DNA of 64,000 nucleotides, from assembly GCA_963666835.2 (NCBI GenBank), contig CAXXGO010000001.1, positions 1,408,001-1,472,000 on the forward strand, read 5' to 3'. Within the stretch, counting starts at the first letter, position 1. Every line of letters starts with the position of its first letter. The DNA is from Phycisphaerae bacterium. Its GTDB lineage: Bacteria; Planctomycetota; Phycisphaerae; UBA1845. The notes below the pieces were generated by a model that was not told the origin of the DNA, searched no databases, and was given only the letters and a program-made list of their open reading frames with translations. Made by a program: the position numbers and the translations under genes. This document shows, one piece after another, positions 48,942-58,343 of this stretch.

Positions 48942-49961
48942 ATGAGAGAGAATTCATTGATTGACGAGTTCCTAAACTACCTGAAGTTCGAGCGGCACTT
49001 CTCGCCGCACACGGCCAAATGCTATGCTGCCGATCTCGCACAGTTCTGTGCGTTTCTCGGGGGTGGGCAGGCGAGCGGTGGAACCGGGGGTGGGTCCGGC
49101 GGAGCGCCGTTCGGATCACCCAGGCCTGTGGCCCGACCAGGGTCCGGGGACTCCGAGACGGAGACCGCGGTTCTGGTTGAGTCCGACGTCCAACAGAAAC
49201 TCCGCGATGTCGACGCGGAACGAGTGAAGGCGTTTCTCGTCTTTTCTGGGAGACCAGAACTACTCGAAGTCGACCATCGCGCGGAAGCTTGCCACGTTGC
49301 GGAGCTTCTACAAGTTCTGTTTGCGACGCGGGCATGTGAAGGTCCATCCGCTGGCTTCCATTCGCACTCCGAAGCAGGAGAAGCGTTTTGCCGAAGTTCC
49401 TCGAACTCGAGCAGATTAACAAGCTCCTCGGCACACCCCGACGACAACACGCTGTTGGGGGCGCGCGACCGGGCCATGCTGGAGGTGCTGTTCTCCACCG
49501 GCGTTCGGGTAAGCGAGCTGGTCGATCTGAATTTCACTGATGTCGATTTCACCGGTGGGACGATTCGCGTTCGCGGCAAAGGCAAGAAGCAGCGAACCAC
49601 GCCGATCGGTCCGACGGCAATAACCGCTATCCAGAGATACCTGGAGCTGCGGCGCGCCGATGCCCGGTCAGCCCGGTTCGACCAGGAGGCTTTGTTCGTC
49701 AACAAGCACGGACAGCGGCTCAGTACCCGCAGCGTCCGCCGGAAGCTGGACAAGTACCTCGCGGAGTGCGGGCTGGATCCTACGATCAGTCCTCACACTC
49801 TTCGCCACAGTTTCGCCACGCACATGCTCAACAACGGGGCGGACCTGCGGAGCGTGCAGGAGCTTCTAGGGCATCAGTCGCTTTCCACTACGCAGGTGTA
49901 CACGCACTTGACGACGCCGAGACTGAAGGCCGTCTACGACGAGGCTCATCCGCGGTCGTGA
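48942..49961 (+). CDS. xerC: Tyrosine recombinase XerC/XerD family (middle section mistranslated by three compensating 1-nt insertions)
   Basis: FLNYLKFERHFSPHTAKCY, RDRAMLEVLFSTGVRVSEL, RGKGKKQR, HTLRHSFATHML, LGHQSLSTTQVY; corrected middle reads YSKSTIARKLATLRSFYKF..RTPKQEKRLPKFL. Confidence 0.85.
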   Translation: MRENSLIDEFLNYLKFERHFSPHTAKCYAADLAQFCAFLGGGQASGGTGGGSGGAPFGSPRPVARPGSGDSETETAVLVESDVQQKLRDVDAERVKAFLVFSGRPELLEVDHRAEACHVAELLQVLFATRACEGPSAGFHSHSEAGEAFCRSSSNSSRLTSSSAHPDDNTLLGARDRAMLEVLFSTGVRVSELVDLNFTDVDFTGGTIRVRGKGKKQRTTPIGPTAITAIQRYLELRRADARSARFDQEALFVNKHGQRLSTRSVRRKLDKYLAECGLDPTISPHTLRHSFATHMLNNGADLRSVQELLGHQSLSTTQVYTHLTTPRLKAVYDEAHPRS

Positions 49962-50056
49962 CGAGACCCTGACATAAGAGTTGACCAGGACCCCATCGGC
50001 TGGGACGCTTGCTGAAAGCGGTCCGGCCGATGTTTTTTGCGCAGAGCCGTCCACGG

Positions 50057-51751
50057 TCAGCGGGGGACTCGCTTTCTGATCTCCATTATCAACAGACGCT
50101 CGTCGACCGGGTAGGCTTGATAGCCGGCCGACTTCACTGCTTCCAGCAGTTGCTCGTGAATCGGGGCGCGCGGTCCGTTGCGTTGCCGGTCCAGAGAATC
50201 CTCCAGCAGCCAGACTCTGCCACCGCGCGTTATCGTTTCGGTGATCAGCTCGATTCGCCCGCGGGCGTCGCGTACTACTGCGGCAGCCTGCGCGGGGTCG
50301 GTATCCGCCGCAGTGTCGACCCAGCCTATCTGGCGGTCCAGCCACGAGGGGAAGCTGACAATCCGGGCTGCAAAGCCTGCGCGGTGCAGATAGTAAAGCA
50401 GGTAATCGCGATCGTACGACAACGCGATGACGAGGTCGGTGGGGGCGGTGATCTCCGCGAGACGTTGAGCGCGAACATTGGGGAACGTCGGCGGGGGGCG
50501 AAGCTGGAGCATCCGGGCGATCGGCATGACGCTGCATGCCGCCAGAGCGACGGGCATCGCCCACCCAAGCCGGAGGCCTCTGCGGCTTTGTGAACAGCGA
50601 ATCATCTGCGCTAACGTGAACGACATCCAGACGACACTTGCGGGCCAGGCGATCATATCGTATCGGCCGACAAGGTAATTCGGCCGAACCAACACGGAAT
50701 AGAGCCACGCGAGTACCAAAGGACCGAGCGCTGTCGCGGCAAGAAAGACGTGAGACGCGGACGATTTACTCGCGGTCCGCGTCTGATCATTCAGCGACCG
50801 GCGGCTCCGCACTACCGAGACGACCGCGCCGAGAAGAAGAACCGCCGGAAGGGCGCGGGCGACCCCGTTGGCGGTGACCAGCCAGGTATTCTCAAAGCGG
50901 ACAGTATCCGGCGATAGCAGAGATAAGCCGCGAAGATGGGCCGGGTAGGCCCCGGCGGGCAGGAATGCCCATAGAGAACGGGGGATGGCCGTGACCGGGT
51001 CCCAGTGGTGGGCGACCCAGGCGCCGCCACCACCTTGGGCGGCGGGCCAGACTGCCAGGACGAAGTATGGGGAAAACGCTACGCCGCCGACCGCTACGGT
51101 CACGAGCCAACGCCGCAGCGCGCGCGGGCGGTTGTCCGCAAGCAGTATTGCCGCCACGGAACACGGGACAAGGTAGAGCGTGAAGTAGTGCAGATGCAGG
51201 CATGCCAGTAGTGCGACCCCGAAGATTCCCCACCAGAACCACCCCCGGCGGCGGGACGCCTCCACCAGGGCCGCTAGCACGACCGTGACGTTGAGTAGCC
51301 AGAGAGCGTAGGCGCGGGCCTCGTGGGCGTAATGAATATGCAGGGGGTGAAGAGCGGCGATGATCGCGCAGACGATACCGGCGATCGGTCCACCCACCTG
51401 ACATGCCAGCAAGCTCAGTACGAGGACGGTCAAGACGGCCGCCACGGCGGACATCGATCGATACGCCGCCTCAGATTCGCCGAAGATGCTGCTCCAGCCG
51501 CGCAGGAGAACGTAGTAGGGGAGGTTCGTACTTTCTGCCAGGAGGTTGGAGTCCTCCGGCCAGTCGAACAGGTTATGCACGTAGATGAACGTGCAGCTTT
51601 CGTCAAACCAGAAATCACGGTTGCCGAGTCCGCTGAATCGCAGCCACCCGCCGAGCGAACCGGCGAGGACCAGGACCGCGACGAACGATCGTCGGCGCAG
51701 TGCGTCCCGGGTCACGTGATCCCCGGATATTTCCTGGGGGGGGTCAGCCAT
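50057..51751 (-). CDS. Glycosyltransferase family 39-like membrane protein
   Basis: LRFSGLGNRDFWFDE, PYYVLL..W, HPLHIHYAHEARAYAL, many TM segments. Confidence 0.8.
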   Translation of the reverse strand: MADPPQEISGDHVTRDALRRRSFVAVLVLAGSLGGWLRFSGLGNRDFWFDESCTFIYVHNLFDWPEDSNLLAESTNLPYYVLLRGWSSIFGESEAAYRSMSAVAAVLTVLVLSLLACQVGGPIAGIVCAIIAALHPLHIHYAHEARAYALWLLNVTVVLAALVEASRRRGWFWWGIFGVALLACLHLHYFTLYLVPCSVAAILLADNRPRALRRWLVTVAVGGVAFSPYFVLAVWPAAQGGGGAWVAHHWDPVTAIPRSLWAFLPAGAYPAHLRGLSLLSPDTVRFENTWLVTANGVARALPAVLLLGAVVSVVRSRRSLNDQTRTASKSSASHVFLAATALGPLVLAWLYSVLVRPNYLVGRYDMIAWPASVVWMSFTLAQMIRCSQSRRGLRLGWAMPVALAACSVMPIARMLQLRPPPTFPNVRAQRLAEITAPTDLVIALSYDRDYLLYYLHRAGFAARIVSFPSWLDRQIGWVDTAADTDPAQAAAVVRDARGRIELITETITRGGRVWLLEDSLDRQRNGPRAPIHEQLLEAVKSAGYQAYPVDERLLIMEIRKRVPR

Positions 51752-51814
51752 GTTCGAGCTCGGGCCGAATACGGTTGGGCCTCAATGACGAATCCTCTGC
51801 CGCCGGGCGGCGTC

Positions 51815-52789
51815 TTACGGCTGGGATGCCACCGGAATCGGCTCGGCTTCCGCAATGTCGGGCGCAAAGACGTAAACGCGTCGGTACGCGTCCAGATCGA
51901 CACCACTCTCGACGGTCAGGATACACAGCAGGGGGTTATTGCGATCGGGATCAATCCGGACGACCCTGCCGATCACCATCGGGGCCGGCAGCGTTGGATT
52001 CTCGCTGTCCGACAGGACCAGGTCGCCGACCTGGATGAACCCGGCCTGGGCGTTGCGGCGGTCGACATCGCGAATCTCCATCACTCCCTGACCTCGTCCC
52101 TTGAGCCAGTAGTATTGGTCGAGAATGACGAGTTCTTCGTCTTCGGCGAGGGCGCCGATGTGGACTTTCTGCTGAACGCTGACATCGCTGAGGAGTTTCA
52201 CGCGGGCGGTGTGTGTTCCAAGGTCCTGGGCAATAGTCCCGATCAGCACTTCGCCCAGCAGAATTGCCATGCCGTCCTGTATCTCGCGCGACTCGCCCGG
52301 CTCTACCGTGAACAGGCGAGAAGTAACAGCGTTGCCCCGATGGACGCCTTGCAGGCTTCCCGCCGTTATCAGGTGTGACGACCGCCACGGGAGCATGTCA
52401 GAGCTGACCACGCGGGCGGGGATGAGTCGACCACGGGCTCCGATCTGCCGATCTGCGGTGCCCCATAAACGGGTGGCCGTCAGGACGTCCACTTCTTCCT
52501 CAAGGTAATCAGCTCGAGCAGTCAGCGCCGCCAGACGGTGTTCCAGGGCGGCCTTTTGCTGGGCAAGCGCGGTGTACGCTTCGGCGGAAACCACGTTCCC
52601 GTCCGCCGCGACAGCGCCTGCGGCGGAATCAATCGCGGTGGCAGCGGCGTCCTGCAGGGGGGCGACGACTTGTATAAGGCTCACGAGTCCGCCGGTCCAC
52701 GCGCGCGGCAACAACAGACCTCCAACGGCCATGATCGCCAGGACGATCAATAAGTTTCGTTTTGATGAAGTCCGGTGATGTCGCGTCAT
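51815..52789 (-). CDS. mreC: Rod shape-determining protein MreC-like
   Basis: N-terminal TM, coiled coil, IPARVV..ITAGSLQGV, LIGTI..ARVKLLSD, GDLVLS..LPAPMVIGRV; directly downstream of mreB. Confidence 0.75.
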   Translation of the reverse strand: MTRHHRTSSKRNLLIVLAIMAVGGLLLPRAWTGGLVSLIQVVAPLQDAAATAIDSAAGAVAADGNVVSAEAYTALAQQKAALEHRLAALTARADYLEEEVDVLTATRLWGTADRQIGARGRLIPARVVSSDMLPWRSSHLITAGSLQGVHRGNAVTSRLFTVEPGESREIQDGMAILLGEVLIGTIAQDLGTHTARVKLLSDVSVQQKVHIGALAEDEELVILDQYYWLKGRGQGVMEIRDVDRRNAQAGFIQVGDLVLSDSENPTLPAPMVIGRVVRIDPDRNNPLLCILTVESGVDLDAYRRVYVFAPDIAEAEPIPVASQP

Positions 52790-52878
52790 ACCAATGTCAC
52801 CGTGGCTCGAACCCAAGCAGCGATTTCCGGCGGATGGCTCGGGGCGAAGGACCTTGGACTACTTCTTTGGGATCGGCG

Positions 52879-53931
52879 CTAGTAATCGTCGGCGTCCGAT
52901 TCCATCGTGTCCTTCCACGTCGGAAGGTTTTCCAGGTAGACACTGGTTCCCCGGGCTACGCAACTGAGCGGATCATCGACCGTGTGCACATCGAGCCCGG
53001 TTGCCTCGGCAAGATATTGGCCAAGCCCGCGCAGAAGAGATCCGCCCCCGGCCAGGTGTATCCCGTTTTCGATAAGATCGGCCGCAAGTTCCGGCTCGGC
53101 GTTCTCCAGCGTGCGGGTGACGCACTCCACAATCTGGCCGACCGGCTCAGTCAAAGCCTCACGGATTTCCGAACTGGTGACGGTACATTCCCGCGGCAGG
53201 CCGCCAACGACATCGCGCCCCCGCACGGGCTTAGCGAGTTCCTCATCCAATTCCACAATGGAGCCGATTTCGATCTTGATGGACTCGGCAGTCTGAAGAC
53301 CGACCATCAGGTCGTACTTGCGTCGCATGTAAGCGATGATCGCCGCATCCATTTCGTCCCCGGCTACCCTGATACTATTGCACACGGCGATGTCGGCCAG
53401 GGACATGATGGCGACCTCGGTCGTCCCACCGCCGATGTCGACGATCAGCGAGGCGGTCGGCTCAGCGATCGGCAATCCGGCTCCGATACCGGCGGCCATC
53501 GGTTCTTCCACCAGGAAAACGCGTCGAGCTCCCGCGCGCTCGGCGGAGTTGTATACAGCGCGTTTTTCCACCGCGGTGATCCCTGACGGAACGGCAATCA
53601 CAACCCGCGGTTTGACAAAACGGCTTCGTCCGTGGACTTTGCGAATGAAGTAACCGAGCATCGCCTCGGTGATGTCGAAGTCGGCGATGACACCGTCCTT
53701 CAGCGGTCTGATTGCGCTAATCGACCCGGGAGTTTTTCCCAGCATCTCCTTGGCAACTAAGCCGACGGCGTTACCGTCACGCAAGACATGATTGGTGCCG
53801 CGGCGGACCGCAACAACGGAAGGCTCATTGAGGATCACACCCTCGCCCTTGACGCACACCAGCGTATTACAGGTGCCCAGGTCGATTCCCATATCGACGC
53901 TGAACATCCCGAGCAGCGAGTCAAAGATCAC
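52879..53931 (-). CDS. mreB: Rod shape-determining protein MreB
   Basis: GIDLGTCNT, NEPSVVA, RPLKDGVIADF, VPSGITAVEKRAV, EEPMAAGIGAGLP, DIGGGTTE, LAGGGSLL. Confidence 0.97.
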   Translation of the reverse strand: MIFDSLLGMFSVDMGIDLGTCNTLVCVKGEGVILNEPSVVAVRRGTNHVLRDGNAVGLVAKEMLGKTPGSISAIRPLKDGVIADFDITEAMLGYFIRKVHGRSRFVKPRVVIAVPSGITAVEKRAVYNSAERAGARRVFLVEEPMAAGIGAGLPIAEPTASLIVDIGGGTTEVAIMSLADIAVCNSIRVAGDEMDAAIIAYMRRKYDLMVGLQTAESIKIEIGSIVELDEELAKPVRGRDVVGGLPRECTVTSSEIREALTEPVGQIVECVTRTLENAEPELAADLIENGIHLAGGGSLLRGLGQYLAEATGLDVHTVDDPLSCVARGTSVYLENLPTWKDTMESDADDY

Positions 53932-54121
53932 GCGAGTTTCCTTTTTCGCATCCCGTCCACACCGGGATGCCCTCCCGGTGCTCTGCGCCGAGGTGATCCT
54001 TCTCCAGATGCCCTCTTAGTAAGGGATGGCCGGACCTAGGATCCTCCTTCGGTCTATGCCATTGAGGTACATCGAACCCACCGAACACGCCATCCTCGGT
54101 GCCCGGTGAGGCGAAGTCTGG

Positions 54122-54274
54122 CTAGGCTCCGCTAAACGGATACCAGCTACCAAACAACTGCTGGCTGCGCACCACCAAGTAGACCGTTGCTCCGGCTACC
54201 AAGAGCGTAGACAGCATAAGCAGGACGGTATACACGTTGTGGTCAGGTTTGGCGTCGGCTGGATTATCGCTCAT
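54122..54274 (-). CDS. Small single-TM protein (50 aa)
   Basis: MSDNPADAKPDHNVYTVLLMLSTLLVAGATVYLVVRSQQLFGSWYPFSGA*; purine-rich GAGAGG..AGAGAG upstream; not in the ORF track. Confidence 0.7.
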   Translation of the reverse strand: MSDNPADAKPDHNVYTVLLMLSTLLVAGATVYLVVRSQQLFGSWYPFSGA

Positions 54275-54361
54275 CTCTCTTTGACCTCTCTCACCTTTGG
54301 TTATTGCTGACGGCTCTACCCAAACCCGAGAAGCTGTCCCCTAAGGTCCGCTCCCAATTGG

Positions 54362-55252
54362 TTAGCCGCGCGAGGCGCCCAGCGTCAACGCGTCCGTTAC
54401 TTGATCACCCGCCTGGGGGACGAATCCCGATGAAACGGTGCGTCCCGCAGCTTCATCCGACTCCACTAGTGTGACCTTCAAGTCGCCGAGATACTGGTCA
54501 CCGCGGTGAACCACGAAGACCATGTCTTTCTTGACGCCGTCCGAGGCCCCAACGCTAATCGTGACAATGTTCCCCGACACCTCCAGGATCTGCCCGCGAA
54601 TGGGGGAAGACGCCACCGGCGTGATCGCGGAAACATGAGGCATAACCCCGCTGCCGTCACCCGAGGATACGGATGTCGAGGGCCTGCGAGACGCGCGGGC
54701 GATCTTCTCGTTCTCGGCGCGGAGGATATTGACCTGCTGCTCGGCTTGCCGTTTCTGCTCCAGCAGCACCATGGTTCGCGCAGTCAATTCGTTGACGCGG
54801 TCATCCAGGTCGATATTGCGCCGCTCCAGCTCGATGTTGCGAGTTTCGAGAGCGTCCCGCTGATCGCGATACTCCTTGCGCGCGGCTTCGGCGCCTTGAA
54901 GCTGCGCTAAGAGCGCACGGTTCATAGCCTCGGAATTGCTCTTCTCCGAGGCGGCCCGGGTCAGCTCGGAGCGCAACTGCGCGATAGTGTGCCCGCGCTC
55001 CTCGAGCTTGACATTCAGGTCGTCAACCTCGTCTCGGTAACCGGCGATCACCTCGTTCGCGCCGACGAGCTGCGCGGCGTCCGCCGCGATCATGTGCCGC
55101 AGATTCGTATCTGCGACCACGGCATGTTGATCGAAATCCTCGGCAAGTTGCCGCCAGTTCGCGGTCCGAGCGACGATCGACACGGTCATCGTCGTAAACG
55201 CGATACTGAACACGACCAGCAGAACAATGAAAACCTTCGTCAGAGTGCTCAA
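54362..55252 (-). CDS. Membrane-anchored coiled-coil protein with C-terminal beta domain
   Basis: N-terminal TM (KVFIVLLVVFSIAF), long heptad region, C-terminal VTISVGASDGVKKDMVFVVHRG. Confidence 0.8.
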   Translation of the reverse strand: MSTLTKVFIVLLVVFSIAFTTMTVSIVARTANWRQLAEDFDQHAVVADTNLRHMIAADAAQLVGANEVIAGYRDEVDDLNVKLEERGHTIAQLRSELTRAASEKSNSEAMNRALLAQLQGAEAARKEYRDQRDALETRNIELERRNIDLDDRVNELTARTMVLLEQKRQAEQQVNILRAENEKIARASRRPSTSVSSGDGSGVMPHVSAITPVASSPIRGQILEVSGNIVTISVGASDGVKKDMVFVVHRGDQYLGDLKVTLVESDEAAGRTVSSGFVPQAGDQVTDALTLGASRG

Positions 55253-55541
55253 CGGAAATCTCCTGTGGAAATCTCCCCGTGGAAGTTGTCCAACACCACG
55301 AAACCCCAGCGGTAGACAGCGCGATAACGCAACACTATCGGACCCCGCTACAACCTAGCAGCTACTGTGAGGATGCACCGCACAGCAGACCTGAGCAACC
55401 TATATCGCAGGTGGGCGTTCGTTTCAACCCCGATTCGGCGATTTGGTCGATTTTGGCCGACTGGAATCGCCTCGTGAACCTGTGATATCCGCCACAGATC
55501 ACCTGGCCCGGCACTTCGAGCGCGCCGGCCGCCAGGGCGGG

Positions 55542-56555
55542 CTACTCTTCCTTGCTCTCCGGCGCCGAGGATCCGAGTTCGCCCGTGCTCGGCGCAGCCT
55601 CCTTTTTGTCGGTGGTCGCCGGGGCCGCCTTCCCGAGCTCTGCACGCGTCTCCGGTGTCGGGCTCGAATCGGGGAGTTTCGCCTGAGCCGCCGCCGCTTG
55701 CGCATCTGCCTGCTTGATCAGCTCCCTCAATATCTTCCCCTGTTCCGGGGGGAGTTTCTTCAGAAGTTCGGCGGTGACCATCTTGGCGAGTTCTTCCGGA
55801 CCAATCGCCCCCTTCTCCTCCTTCGGCGTGTCGTGCAGCACCTGACGGATTAACCCGGGGATGGCCTCGCGTTGCTCTTCGGTGAGACCCAGTTTGGGGT
55901 CCTGGATGATCGCCAGGAGCCGCTGTAGGCCGTTCGGAAACTCGCGCTGGCGTACAAGTTGGAGATCCACGATCATCTTGTGGAAGGCCTCCAATTGGGT
56001 GGGAGTCAATTGGTCCTGGAGCTTCACGACGAGCTCGGGAGTGTCTTGACCGATCATGGGGCCGGGTTGCCTGGTCAAGGCGAGCATCTGCTTCTGGATT
56101 CTCCTGATGTTCTCTCCGTCGCCGGCTTCCCTGGCCTTGGCCAGCTCCCCACGAAGCCTCATTATTGCCTTCGTATCGATCTTTGGCATGTCCTTGGCCA
56201 TCTCCTCGGCGAGCTGCTTCTTCACGTGCTCGACGTAGATGTCACAAAGTACCCCGACCGCCTTGGCCTGCTTCTCTGAGAGATTGAGTTCTCGCTTCAT
56301 CTTCGTCTGGAGTTGACCGATGCGACCGATCAGTTCCCGGGTCGCGATTCCCAGCCTCTCGCGGGACATCTCCCATTTCTGGCGGGGGGTCAGTCGGGGC
56401 TTGGGCTGCTCCGTTGCGGGCTTAGGCTCGCTTGCGGTGTCTGCGGGTTGGCCTTTCGGCTCTGCCTTCTCAGGTTGCTGGCCGATTGCGGACGAAGGAA
56501 CCCAGAGTCCTCCAATCACGAATAAAAGGGTATAGGCAAAGCACGCTCTTCTCAT
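55542..56555 (-). CDS. Secreted helical protein with LTxxQ-like motifs (Spy/CpxP-like, tentative)
   Basis: Signal peptide; LNLSEKQ, LTPTQ, LGLTEEQ, LPPEQ; likely ATG 56555. Confidence 0.65.
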   Translation of the reverse strand: MRRACFAYTLLFVIGGLWVPSSAIGQQPEKAEPKGQPADTASEPKPATEQPKPRLTPRQKWEMSRERLGIATRELIGRIGQLQTKMKRELNLSEKQAKAVGVLCDIYVEHVKKQLAEEMAKDMPKIDTKAIMRLRGELAKAREAGDGENIRRIQKQMLALTRQPGPMIGQDTPELVVKLQDQLTPTQLEAFHKMIVDLQLVRQREFPNGLQRLLAIIQDPKLGLTEEQREAIPGLIRQVLHDTPKEEKGAIGPEELAKMVTAELLKKLPPEQGKILRELIKQADAQAAAAQAKLPDSSPTPETRAELGKAAPATTDKKEAAPSTGELGSSAPESKEE

Positions 56556-56780
56556 CGGTTCTGTCTCCTGGTAAACAACGTCCGATCCGGGAGTCTCGTT
56601 CCCACCCGGGCTTAGCATGGGTGGCACGGCTTGCCCCGGAACACCGGCCCGCAAGAACATCCGCCGCAAAGCGAACGCGTTGCACTTGGGACAGGGATGA
56701 CTATGGTAATCCCTCTCGCCGAGTTGTTACAGTCCCAATCCTGTCACAAGCGGCGGGAGCGAGTTAAGCTGTTGTAGAAC

Positions 56781-58307
56781 ATGCATCTATTGACGATTCT
56801 CGCCTTTGCGTTGGTATTTTGGCAGGCCGAGGCGCCGGGGCGGCTCGTTCTGGTAGCGCCGGATGACTGCCTCATAACTCCGGCTGTTGTGGTCGGTCAT
56901 CTGCTGGTTATAGGACTCACCGCACTGTGGAGTGTTAAGCGGGCCGCCAAGCTGCTCGCGGCAGACCCCGACTCTCCGGAACGAGCTCAGGCATCTTATC
57001 ATCGAAGTGTGCTGGCGATCCGAGCTCTGGCGATTGTCGGTTTTGGCGCGGCGGTCTTTTTGACTCGTTGGCCCGAGTGGTTCGCCTTTGGCCGCGTGAC
57101 GCCGGTGCTGCAGATTCTGGGTGACCTGATTGTTCTGTCGCCGTTCTTCGCGGCTATGGTGATCGTGTGGACGATCGGCTATCCGTTGGAGCGCGCTCTG
57201 CGTGGAGAGGGCGAGCATTCAGGTCTAGAGCCGGTCAAGGCGAGTCGAGGGTGGCGGTTCTCGTCCTATCTGGATTTCCACGTTCGGCACTACCTTCTGG
57301 TTGTCGCCGTGCCGATGACGGTGATTCTGTTCGCGGCGGATCTCACTCGCGGATATCGCGAGGTTCTGCAGGGCTGGGGTGGATGGGTCTGGGCGCCGGA
57401 TCTTGTTCTGGGAGTGGCGGCGGCGGCCGTGTTCGTGACGTCGCCGCTGTTGCTGCGGCGGATCTGGCGTACGGCTCCGCTGGCGGCGAGTCCGGTCCGA
57501 GAGAGGTTGGACGCGTTGTGTAGGCGGATCGGGCTGCGTTGTCGTGATATCCTGGTCTGGGACAGTGGCGGTCTGATGATCAACGCGGCGGTGATGGGGA
57601 TCTTCGCGCCGGTTCGTTACGTCATTCTGTCCGATGCCCTGCTTTCGACGATGAGCCCCCGGCAGATCGAGGCGGTTTTCGGTCACGAGGCGGGTCATAT
57701 TCGGCATCACCACATGCAGTATTTCCTGGTGTTCGCCCTGGTAGGTTGGCTGGCGGTAGTAGGCATAATGGAGCTGCTGGCCTGCATGATGATGTCATCT
57801 GATTCGGTAACGGAGCTGTCGTTGATCGTGGTGGAGGCGGTGGGAGTGTTAGCCACCGTGGTCATCTGGGGCGTAGGTTTCGGCTGGCTGTCACGGCGAT
57901 TCGAGCGTCAGGCGGACCTGTTTGCCGCGCGGTGCGCCACGCCCTCGGCAGGGGAATGTCGGGCGCCGTGCGGGGTTCATCCCGACGAGGATAAGGTGGA
58001 AGCGGTGGACCGGCGAGTGTGTGCGGCCGGGGCGGCGGTCTTTGCTTCGGCGCTGGATCGGGTGGCGGTGCTCAATGGGATTCCGCACGAGGAGCGTAGC
58101 TGGCGCCACTCATCGATCGGAAGCCGGATTCGGTTTCTGATGGCCTTGTCCGGCGATGCCTCGCTGATCGCAGGTTTCGAGCGGGCGGTTCGGCGCGCGA
58201 GGTTGATTCTGGTCGCGCTGGCGGTCGTGGGTGGGGCCGCGTGCGTCGGGTACTGGATTATCGTGCGGGAACCGGCGATACTCCGTCTTCAGGTCGGGGG
58301 ACCGTAA
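56781..58307 (+). CDS. M48 family (Ste24/HtpX-like) membrane metallopeptidase
   Basis: Multiple TM segments; INAAVMG, HEAGH, RRFERQAD, SWRHSSIGSR. Confidence 0.88.
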   Translation: MHLLTILAFALVFWQAEAPGRLVLVAPDDCLITPAVVVGHLLVIGLTALWSVKRAAKLLAADPDSPERAQASYHRSVLAIRALAIVGFGAAVFLTRWPEWFAFGRVTPVLQILGDLIVLSPFFAAMVIVWTIGYPLERALRGEGEHSGLEPVKASRGWRFSSYLDFHVRHYLLVVAVPMTVILFAADLTRGYREVLQGWGGWVWAPDLVLGVAAAAVFVTSPLLLRRIWRTAPLAASPVRERLDALCRRIGLRCRDILVWDSGGLMINAAVMGIFAPVRYVILSDALLSTMSPRQIEAVFGHEAGHIRHHHMQYFLVFALVGWLAVVGIMELLACMMMSSDSVTELSLIVVEAVGVLATVVIWGVGFGWLSRRFERQADLFAARCATPSAGECRAPCGVHPDEDKVEAVDRRVCAAGAAVFASALDRVAVLNGIPHEERSWRHSSIGSRIRFLMALSGDASLIAGFERAVRRARLILVALAVVGGAACVGYWIIVREPAILRLQVGGP

Positions 58308-58343
58308 CAGAGTTATCTTCGTTCAAGGCGGTTAGGACGACCC

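Noticed and set aside
48942..49961. Tyrosine recombinase as a phage or integron integrase
   Set aside because: Motifs and length fit chromosomal XerC/D; no IntI-specific insertion is apparent and no phage or cassette genes are adjacent.
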